The notes under the pieces are model-generated. The model ran no database searches, was not told the origin of the DNA, and was given only the letters and a program-made list of their open reading frames with translations. The position numbers were made by a program, and so were the translations under genes. A stretch of 64,000 nt of DNA, taken from the NCBI RefSeq assembly GCF_964355755.1, contig NC_092676.1, forward strand, positions 27,856,871 through 27,920,870. The letters run 5' to 3'. Below are positions 30,501 through 42,500 of the stretch, piece by piece; positions within the stretch are counted from its first letter, which is position 1, and each line of letters opens with the position of its first letter. Source of the DNA: Antedon mediterranea. Its lineage: Eukaryota; Animalia; Echinodermata.

Positions 30501-33500
30501 TCACATCCTACAATGTGAGAGGTTTTTTTGATGTCAGTCGGTTAGGGTACCTTATTAATTACAGTATAGATAGGAAATTACCAAAGTATGAAGTGCTAAG
30601 TGGGTCAAGTTTAGGTCAGGTTTAACAGAGACTTAATGTATTGATGTTTTCATTGGTAAAGTTGCTACAATCGTATTTCCATTGGCAAGGTTATATGACT
30701 ATACAAAATACATCACTGAGCATTAATAATAATAATAATAACTTGAAATATGCAGAAAGATGCTTCAAAATCAAAACATCTTTTTTTTTTTTAGTTTTTG
30801 TAAACTTAAATTCTTAGGGCCTTGTGAAAAAAGTCTTTTGCATGTTCCGCTTCAGCTGATTCGCTTAAGAGGTTCTTTCAATTCGCATCGTTTCAAATTG
30901 TGACTCTAAATATTCAAAATATTCATTTTGTATTTTGTAGTTTTTAGTCAATTTGATTAAAATTATAGGATAAATTTATAATATATTATATTTATTTATA
31001 GGTACCTCTGTTCCAAGACAAAGAAGTTGGTTTTCAGAAAATGCTGTCCATGTGTATGCGACCCGTTCTTTTCCTTAGTGGTGAATATGTAGTGAGGAAG
31101 TTTGACTTTGGAAAAGAAGTATGTATATACCTATTTTGTTTTACTGTTTTGTGTATTGTCAATTTTTTTTTCATATTTTATACGCATCGAACAGCGAGCA
31201 CAAACTCATCATCAATTACAGGATGGATAAACTTTTTTATAATTTATCGTGTACTATTAATAAACTAGTATCATTTAAGGTAGTGAAGTTGAGTCGTGAG
31301 TTTTAACCCTGGCACTAGGTCAGGATTGAACCATTGACCTTGAGATTGGAAGGCAAGCATGTTAACCACCAAACTACAGCTCAATTTACAAATGACAGGA
31401 TGAGAGCAAGAGGATAACCCTATTATAGAGGTCTAGGGCTTGTTTCCATAGGGGTTTCCTGTTTTGTACATTTTATTATCAATTGTTAATACTGATGAAT
31501 AATAATAATAGTTCATGCATATTATTACCCCAGTCATATAGAAACATACTCCCATAATGCAGCTAGTAATCAGCGCAAAGTTGTGTCTTGATCTAACCGG
31601 GTTCCCATTTATACACCTTGGTGGAGAGAGGCAAACGTAAGTAAAGTATTTTGCCTAAGGATACAAGCAATGCGGAGAGAGTTGGATTCGAACCTCGATC
31701 TCACGATCAGTAGTCAAACATCCAACATACTGCGCCACACGCCCTCACAATCAATTAATTTCACTTTGTAGATGTTCTTCATCCATCGAGGTATTGTAGA
31801 AGTAGTGTCAGAAGATGGCTGTACTGTGTATGACACCATGGAGTCTGGTAGATACTTTGGTGAAATCAGTCTAGTATTTAGTTGCCCTAGAACAGCCTCT
31901 ATTAGGTAATAGCACTCTGTTATTTATGAATTATTATAATAATATTTCCAGTCAAAATCAGTGCCACTTACAGGATGGGTAATACAGTACACCTTGTTAA
32001 ACTGAATTTTATATGACTACACTGTGTTGGCTATGAGAATTATCCTGGTCCTGTAATGTGACAGCACCAGGAATTGAACCCATGACCCTGGGATTGATAA
32101 GCCAGTATTTAACCACTAATCTACTGTGTTAATACTACTGTATATGCACAGCCAGCAGTAACAAAAACCTTGACTAACTATAGGCTTTTGGAAAAAAAAA
32201 AAAATCATACAAATATTTTCAAACAAACAAACAATTTTTGACATTTAAATGCAGTATCATAAAATATATAAATGTTTATTTCCACAGAGCTCGAACAAAT
32301 GTAGACATGTTTACCCTCAACAAAGGTAGCCTAGATGCTGCTTTGACTCACTATCCACCCATCAAAGAGTCGATCTATAAGGTAGCGGAAGAACGTATCA
32401 ATGCTGTACGCAAACGCAGCAAAGCTCATATCGGTTCGGTAATTATATCATCAAATTATTTCATTAAAATCGTCAGTGAAACAATCAGCGAACACAAAAA
32501 TTGAAACATGTACACAATTTTTGGTATTTGTTTGTGTACTTGTGTCAAGTTTTCATGTCTATTGTGTCACTGACAGCGTCTTAATGTTTTAGGATTAAGT
32601 TTACTTGAAAAACATTTCAAACTTTTATTCATGTCATTTATTGTCAAATGTCTTTATGGCATATATACTGTGGATATTTTTAACCATATTTTAAGCAACC
32701 CTCGTCACGGTGATCATCTCATATTCGTACACCCTTTTGCTTGGACAAATACTTTAAAATACTCAATTTTCCACAAAGAAAGAAATTTGAGATTCATTAA
32801 TTTTAAATACAGGTATTAAGACTTTTATAAATAGTAAGATTTTGCTATACTTTCAATTTTTAATGATATTGCAATATATTTTAGTTTATTTTGATATAGT
32901 TATTATATACTTTTTTAATGTTTATACAAATTTTATTCTAAATGTTTTTTTATACAATCCGTGCAATAGTAGACCTACTAGATAGTGATTAGGTTGGCTT
33001 TTAAGGAATCATGTCTCTGCCTGGTTTTGTGTGATGTTTTCTTGTTGTGTGTCCACGTTTTTTTATATTGTACTTTTAAGAACTTTTGCCGAATAAAAAT
33101 TAATATTAAAGATGTATTGTCCTTTGAAATGAAGGTCAAAATATTCTAAATTTAAATTGGCCATATCAAAGTAAAATTAATGTTATTCACTTTAAGTCAA
33201 AAATTCAAGCCAAAAACAACAAGTTTACGTAATTAACAGGTAAATTAATTTGATTAGATTTCGTCTGGAAAATCATTGCGAGCAAAAGTAAACAAAGATT
33301 TCAAACCATGAGTATGCATTATGCATGATGCTAATTAGGATTGTTTACAACTCGTCACGGTTGAGAAAGTGTTTTCATACAGTTTTTGAACAACAAAAAA
33401 CGTCTGTATTTCAGTTAAATGATTTTATTTAAACTAATTTTTAGTGAAAGTTAATAACTATTATGATACATCAAAATGACCCACTTTTTTCGAAATCTTT

Positions 33501-36500
33501 TTTTTTTTTGGAATTAGTTGAAGGTACAATACATCTTTAATATTATTATAATATTATAATAAGTGTTTTCATAAGTGTTTTCATTGTTCAAATGCTGTAC
33601 TATCTTGTAGCTAAAGAAGCCAGAGGAAAAGGCGGAAGGAGCAACACCAGATGCAGAGACGGAGGATAAGAAGGATAAGCAAGCCAATGGGAAAGCAACT
33701 TCTGCAGGTAACTGAAATAAATCTTTAATCAAAATTATGGCCATTAAATCATCATTTTCAGTATTCATTAATAAATGTTATCAGGACACTGTAAACGGTC
33801 GGTAAATTAATAAATTTTTTATTTTACAAATTGGGCAGAAGTCACTTTATATCCGTTGAAACAAACGATTACCGTATATCCTTGGATATAATCCCACTTC
33901 TGGTCTAATCCCACCCCCTATTTTATGTCCAAATTTACAAACAGGCATATCCCCGGGTATAGTCCCAGTATTTACTTTTGGTCTTAATGTAGGCCTCTTT
34001 CTAGCCAGTTCAGATGAGTTTTTACAAGAAATGCTAATTACCAATCCTTTATTTCCTGAAACAAGGTTTCCCTGGGTATAATCTCACCCCTCAAAGTCGG
34101 CCCAATTTTGTGTTCTAGGTTGGAGGATATACGGTATTTAATTTAAGACTTTTTTTTAAATATAGGTCCTACGATACTAGAAGAGACAAGCATTGAGATA
34201 GATGAAGTGCAAACTGTTAGTGGGCGCTGTTGTATAACTCGCAACTATCTGCAGTGGTTTCTGGATTCAAATCGCTTTGTACTCAATCCAGACAGTAAGT
34301 TTGTTGTTGGTTTGAAGCGAGTCACCAGTTTCCTTATATTTCTCACCACCTGGACAATATTGTATCAGGTAATGTATAAAATGACATTTTTTCAATATTT
34401 TTATGTTAAAGATGTATTGTCCCCCAAAAACATGAAAAAATGAATTTTAACACAATCAAATTTTGAATAGGCCATTTTGCAGTTTTAATAAAGTTATTCA
34501 CTTCTGTAGAAAAAAAATTCAACAAAAACAATTATTTCACTTATAAAAAGACAAAAACAGTTAGTTTTAGCCAAAAACCCTTTATATTAAATTTTTTTTA
34601 GGAAAATAATTTTTTTTTCGATTCAGTTTTTTGTCAAAGTGAATAACTATTATGTGACATTAAAATGGCATATCAAAAAAAAAAATGTAAAAAAAATTAT
34701 TTTTTAGGACAATATATCTTTAAGTAAAGCGTGTTAAAACAATTTTTTTTTTTTATTTTGATTTATTGAAAGAACAGTAGAACCTGCCTCTACTAAATGT
34801 TGACTTATTAACAATATCTTGTACTATGATTAAGTTTTTATTCTTGGTTGAAGATATGCAAGTAACCAAGTGAAAATTTGTAATCATTCATATTCTTTTG
34901 GGAGACTTTCCTTTCACGCAACACAGAACACGTTAGCTGACTGTAATTTGTTGTTTTATTAGGCAGCGATTTATACACCTGAGTACAGGCCTTTTGACAA
35001 ATCACTCGTAATGATCTATTTTAGGGTGGCTGCCTTAATGGCAATTTATCATGTGAATTTATTGTTTAGCTGAGATTAAACATTGTGTGCAGTGAGTAGT
35101 GGATATGAAATGAATGATAAATTGTACAATTCCCCTACTGACTATTTATTACATTCGCACGATAGATATATTGAACATGGACTGTAAATAGGTATATGTT
35201 AATGTTATTAATGTTGTGACTTAGGTACAGCCACATGGACTGCCATTTTAAAATTCGACATATACAATTCTGTCCCTCACAATAATTATTTTCTGCTACT
35301 CATCTAATTCAAAATGTATTCAACTAGAGAACCGTTTTAATGCCATATACAATATGTACAGTATATAATTAAATAGTTAGTTTGAAGAAAATTGTCATGA
35401 AAACAATCATAAAACATAAAACATAAAAAACTAAAGCTATTTCTACACTATCAAACTTCATGTGACAAAAAAGTGTGATGTGCTTATATATGGACATGAT
35501 GATGTCATATCAATACCATATTTGGGCATATCACTACCATATTTGAGCATATCACCACCATATTTGGTCATCAAAAATGACTAAACTCTTTAACACAGAT
35601 AGCGTGCCTGTTTATTTACTCCTGCACAAATTAGCATCGTTGTCGCTCTTTTGGGATAGCTTCATTTCACGCTACACAGCTTCTGCTAGGCTATAATTTA
35701 CTATATCTTATTAGGTACCAATTTAATCTCATAAGTAGAACGTTAAAAGTATGGTAGACCTAGTTTCGGTCAGTAATTAATGTAGTGAAGAACATTGTAT
35801 TTGTATATACTGTATTAGTTTAAAGGTGGTTTAGATGCTAGGTTACCAATCCCAGGGTCCTGGGTTCAAATCCTGTCAGATTCCAGGATTTTGTTCTCAT
35901 GACAAAACAACTTCACTCTTAAAGACTTGTAATAAGACTTGGTCTGTGTATACTATATGTTTGTCTAAAGTGGTGATTATTTAAGGGGGCGGCTACTTTA
36001 TTAGCCACTAGCCTTAACAGCTTTGTGGCTATCTATCCCAAAGGATGGGGTTTTACTGTTCTGTAAAAGCCCATCTTCAGTATTAACTTATCCTAAAGAA
36101 TTTATTCACTAAAACTCTGTCACTATCAAACTAGTTTGACAAAAACAATGTGCCCAAATATGGTAGTGATATTCCCAAATATAGTAGTGATGTGACATCA
36201 TCATGTCCATATATTGGCACATCACATTTGTTGTCACATAAAGTTTGATAGTGTAGACAAGACATAATATCATGATTTTGTGTAATTTATTTTCTTTTTT
36301 ATGTTGTTTTTCTGCAGGCCTGCTTTCAAGTGTCAAGTAATTACATACTGGTATTCAGTTATGTTTCTGAAGCTGTGTTTGTCTTTGAGGTAAAGTTTTT
36401 TATTAAATCATCATTCATTAAAGATGGATGTATTGTCCTCCAAAAACATGAAAAATGAAGATTAATAAAATCAGACTTTGAATATGCCATTTTGTAGTTT

Positions 36501-39500
36501 TAATCAAGTGAATCACTTCTGTAGAAAAAAAAATGCAGAAAAAAATAATGTTTTCACTTATAAAATGACAAAATAAACAGTTATTTTCAACCAAAACCCC
36601 ATTGGCTGGCAGCCAATTTGACTATTATTTGCTTTAAATTACAGTTTTTTCAGGTAATTATTCTTTTTTTCGATCCAATTTTTGAGCAAAATGGAATAAC
36701 TCTTATGTGACATTAAAATGGCATATTCAAAAAAAAATGTGAAAACAAAAATTATTTAGGGGGACAATATCTTTAAGCACACAATGTCTATAATTGTATC
36801 ATTTGAAATAATAAGCTGGCGGTTAACGTGCTTGCCATCTAATCCCAAGGTCCAGCGTTCAGTCCTGTTTAACTCTACCCTCTAAGCCTCAATTTAGTTT
36901 ATAAGCACGACAAATTATAAAATAGTTTATCCATCCTGTAATTGACAAGTTACTTGTTGGATGTGTATGAAATAAAACAATAATAATACCAAAAAATTGC
37001 TTGTCATTTATCATCACTATCAAACTATCAATACCAATTGACCTTTAAAAAATGGTTGGGTCATGATAAAATGATCCAACGTGATTCCTTGTTAGTATGC
37101 CACTGGGTGAATTGTAGTATGTGCAGCCTAGCTTTGGGATATAAGTAACATTAGGCATCCATGTTACATATCACATATATCTTGACAATGCCGCTCTTGT
37201 CTCTATTTGTTGTCAAAATTCAAATGCAAAGATTTGTTTCACATTTTTACTTCTTCATCCAAAATCTTATTCTTTTGATTGTACAACTAAAGCTCTGTCT
37301 ACACTATCAAACTTTATGTGACAAAAAAATGTGATGTGCCCATATATGGACATGATGATGTCATATCACTACCGTATTTAATCATATCACTACCATATTT
37401 GGGCATATCACACTTTTTTGTAAAACTAGTTTGATAGTATAAACAGAGCTATTGTTATAACATAAGATAATTCTTTATTCTTATGACCACATATATAGGT
37501 AAACATGAACATTTGGTTTTTCTTAATGCTTGAAAACACATATAATGTACAGTACATAACATAAGACAGATAAAAACTTTGATTCTATAGAAATCTACAG
37601 TAATTTAAAATGTTTAGTAAAATTTCATGCAGTTTGAAGTAAATTTGGTCTGAGAACTAGACGCAGAATCGTTTGCAGTTACAAAATGACAAATTTCCAA
37701 AAAACTATTGGATGAATAAATATATTATGTTTATTACACAGATTTATGTAAAATTCCATGTGAGCTGTGCCAACGAATACGGAGATTTAGAGCGAGATTT
37801 TAATAAGGTGTACAAGTCGTATTTGAAAAAGAAAAGTGGTTTCATCTTAGACGTGGTCGCTGCTCTGCCCCTAGACATCCTTGCACTTGCCGGTGGGGAC
37901 AACAAGCAGAAGTTTCTAGCGTTGACTATTCTAAGACTGATCCACTTAGTGCGTCTCTACAGGCTCAGTGAATTCTTCAAATCCTGGGAGACTGAGCTTA
38001 ATATCAAGTGAGCAGAGCTTTTGTTTACTATTTTATATTTTAATTATTAAGTAGTATCATACATATTTGATTGTAGTCCCACACTGGTTTTAAGCTCTGT
38101 CTACACTATTAAACTAGTTTGACAAAAATGTGTAATGTGACCAGATATGGTAGTGATATGACATCATCATGTCCATATATAGGTACATCACATTTTTTTG
38201 TCATATAAAGTTTGATAGTGTCGACAGAGCTTTAAAGTTGACATTTTACATTTTTTCCCCTGCCTCATAACCTTGGTGCTTCAGAAAAATTACTAAGTTC
38301 ATGTTTGTAAATGGTAAATTTATTTACACATTTTATAAACTACTGTAATACTATATTGTCTTATTTGTTCTCTTTCAGTGTTTTCCATGTCCGTATGACC
38401 AAATTCTTTGTAATCTTGGTGATTGTCATCCATTTCTTTGCCAGTCTCTGGTACCTATTAGCCTGTCCAAACAAAAAATGCAAAAAAGAGTCCTGGGCAG
38501 CGTACAATGGTATGTAGTCTCCGTCGTTCTTTCTACTCTATCAAATTTTATATGATAAAATAAAATGTGATTTGCCCATATATGGACATAATGATGTTAT
38601 ATCGCTACCATATTTGGGAATATCACTACCATATTCACACTTTTTTTGTCAAACTAGTTTGATAGTGTGGACAGAGCTTTAAACATAATGACATGTATTG
38701 CTACAATAATGTAAAATAGTTTTTTCATTTCTTTCATTTTCCATTTATTTATTCATGGTCGTCAAACACAATAAAATATAGTACATAGTTTGTTTAAGTT
38801 AAAAAGTTAAAAATTCACACTACACAAAAATGATGTTAAAATTTAACTAGGTTAAAATTCGGTAAAATACAGATAAAATACATAGCAAGATTGGTGTGTG
38901 TAAAGGGTATAGCATTTTGTAGGGACGTTTTTATAAAGCCAATGTCAATACAAAAAAAATACAATTTACCCTCGAATAAAGGTCCCTTTGATGATAATGG
39001 AATAGGCCCCAGATGCCAAAGTATCCTTTGACATTTCTGATGTTTTTCTTTCTGTTCTTTTGATGTGATGTAAAGTATGTTACAATTGGATACTACGATA
39101 TGTGCTGTCTTTTATTTCACCTCAAGGGAAATGTCTGATGTGAAACTATTCTACTAAAACTGCTCATTATATTTCAATATTATTATAATATCTATCTATA
39201 CCATGTAATAAGCAATATGATATACATTGTAGTATATTTTATGATATTAAACATGAAAATATTAAATTCATAATGAGTTATGCACAGAATCGATACTAAA
39301 GATATTAATTTTTCAATTACCATCAACTTTTTTTTTTCATTGTTTAATTCTGCAGTGTTTTATATATTAATATGTCAAGTAAGTAGATGTAATTTATCTA
39401 AAGCTCTGTCTACACTATAAAACTTTTTATGACAAACAAATGTGATGTGCCCATATATGGACATGGTGATGTCATATCACTACTATATTTTGGCATATCA

Positions 39501-42500
39501 TTACCATATTTGGGCACATCACACTTTTTTTGTCAGACTAGTTTGATAGTGTAGACAGAGCTTAACAAAAGGTATCTGTGAGTTAACACTACATATCCGC
39601 AACAGAAATTGAATTTCAAAATAAAACTCCTTCATAACAATTTCAAAATCTGTCTACATAATAGTATAGTTTCTCTTATTTTTTTGTTTGCATTAAAATG
39701 AAGATATTTTGTTTTGTCATTAGGGTATTATTATGAGAACCCAGAAGATAAACCAAAAATGTATGAATTGTATGTATACTGTGATTGTATATATTGGTGT
39801 GTAGCAACACTGACATCAACAGGGTATGGAGATATACATGCCTACAGTACTGTTGAAATGGGTAAGTTAGAATAACAATATTTAAGCTCCGTCTACACTA
39901 TCAAACTAGTTGGACAAAAGAAGTGTGATGTGGCCAAATGTGGCAGTGATATGACATCATCATGCCCATATATATCACATTTTTTTGTCACATAAAGTTT
40001 GATAGTGTAGATAGGGCTTAGGTTCATCTTTCAAATATGAATAAATGTAGACCATAGACAATATTATATTTAATAACATTAGTGTAAATGATGCAAAACG
40101 AAAAAATTTAACAAACAAAATATATTATAAGATCAACATTTAACTTTATTATAAAACAATTCACATCATTAATTTCAATTCATCTATTCGTCTTTTATTT
40201 GTCTAATTCATATAAAAATATAAATCAGAAAATCTTTGTTAATACACTTAAGTTTAAAATACATGTACAATGTTTAAAACGATAGAAAGGTACAGATATA
40301 ATTTAAAATTTAAAAGTTATAAAAAAAGAATGTGTATAAACAGTAAAAATTTGGCAAAATTGATAAAAAGTATATTTCAAATTATGATCCAGGTGTTCAT
40401 TTGAGTGAAAACAAAAATGAGTTTTAAAAACAGTCTTTTTATAAATATGTTAGCTAAAATAATGCATTTTGTATGCAGTGTTTGCAAGCTTTGTGATGGT
40501 AGCAGGACAAGTCTTGTTTGGCTCTATTCTTGGTAATATTGCCTCTACACTGGCAAATGCCGATTCTGGAAGAGTTAGCTATGAAGAGAAACTGGATGCC
40601 ATCAAGGTAAACCACTATTTAATGTTGCCTAAAATTCTGTCAATATATAAATACAATCAGTGTACAATCTTCACAAAATCATATGTAAAGCTCTATCTAC
40701 ACTATCAAACTAGTTTAACGCAAAATGTGTTATGTGCCCAAATACAGTATGGTAGTGATATGCCCAAATATGGTAGTGATATGCCCAAATATGGTAGTGA
40801 TATGACATGATCATGTCCATATATCGGTCCACATTTTTTTTTTGACATCAAGTTTGATAGTGCAGACAAGCTTAATAGTTTGTGATGAATAATTTATACA
40901 GGTACACCCTTATTTTAAACTTTTTTAGAACCAAATGAAAGATCAGAAATTGCCAAGTAAACTTAGGAATCGTGTTATCAGCTACTTTGATTATCTATGG
41001 GCTCGTCACAAGTGAGTTTATTGTTTTTATCTTGTCATTTCATTGTCATTGTTTATGTTTTGTTGCTTCATACTATCGTAATTATGTATAACATAGTAGA
41101 ACTCTGTTAAAAAAATCTTAATACACTTTTCCTTGAATATTGGTAGGCCATAGTGTTAAAGCAATGTTTTATCAAGGCAATCTAACAATAGGAAACTAAG
41201 CTCACCTTGCCAGGACAGAAACTTGTAACAGTCCTTTGATCTTATGTCTGGCTGCGACAAATATCAACAATACCGTACTATGTACATATTGTTCATGGCA
41301 TTCGGTGTATGTTAAAGGGCCGTGAAGGATCTTGTCGCAGCCACAGATAACGCCTTTGATCTACAGAGCTTGACATCCTGTTGTCAGATTGCCTTGGTTT
41401 GATACTCCATCTCATCTAGTAGTCCCCCTTTTGTTTATTAACTAACTACAGGAGATAGGCACCACTGTGAGATATGGCTTATGCCTGTGTACCGTATCAT
41501 GATGAGTACAACTGTGTCTTATCTGCTACGCCCCTACAATCATCTAGGTCATGTGACAACTAGAAAGTGAATTAAACTTTTCTCTGTATTGTTTTCTTTT
41601 GTTGTTTCTGTTTCAGTGGTGTTGATCAGTACACATTGTTTCACGATGCACAATACTGTTTGCAGACAGACATTGGATTTACTATTAATAAAGGCCTTTT
41701 AACTAAGGTAATTTTACAAATAAAAGATTTAGTATTAAAGTTTAGTAGTATAGTGTACATTACCAAGTGGGAAAGTTTGAGGACGAGGGTAAAATGCTAA
41801 AAGTATGTATTTATGTAATATGTAAAATTTTGTTAACATTTTTTATCTTGTTGTGTCGTTTTAACATTTGATAAAATATAGAAAATATATATCATACATA
41901 TTTTAGAAAAAAACTTGATACATAAATAACAGTCGAATGAAAACACAAAGGTGAAACATATGAAGATGAATAGATTCAGGAAAACCAAATTAATTATAAA
42001 AAAAAAGAATTAGTTTCCATTGGGGTCCAAAATAATTAATTATTGATTAATATTATTTTTATCAATATACTACAGACAATTAAAACATTGCACATTAATC
42101 AAATCTTCTATTCCACCCAGGAAATAAATAATATTATATTGATGATATTTTAAACTCTATCTTTAGGTTGAGATATTTAAAAGTGCTGAAGACAGCTTTC
42201 TAAGGGCACTCAGCCTAATGTTGCGACCTGTTCTGTTCATGCCAAATGATTTCATAGTCAGACAGGGAGATGTTGGCGATGAAATGTACTTTATTTACCG
42301 TGGAACAGTAAGTAATGCCAAAAACATACAAATATGATGTATAAAAAGTATACTAATTTAAGCTGTCCACACTATCAAACTAGTTTGACAAAAAAAGTGT
42401 GATGTGCCCAAATATGGCAGTGATATGATTAAATATTTTGATTGAAATTGAAATAAATATTTATACTGGGTAACCTCTTCAGTCAAAGACTGGTCTCCCA

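Larger units (their letters stand above)
20208..32438 (+). other. Channel unit B (probably repeat III)
   Basis: S1 KWWEILRVAVALIS; S4 ALVRVNRLLQLYRV; pore YWASATGASVGYGDI (27232-27335); CNBD YFGEISLVFSCPRTASIRA (31772-32438). Confidence 0.85.
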
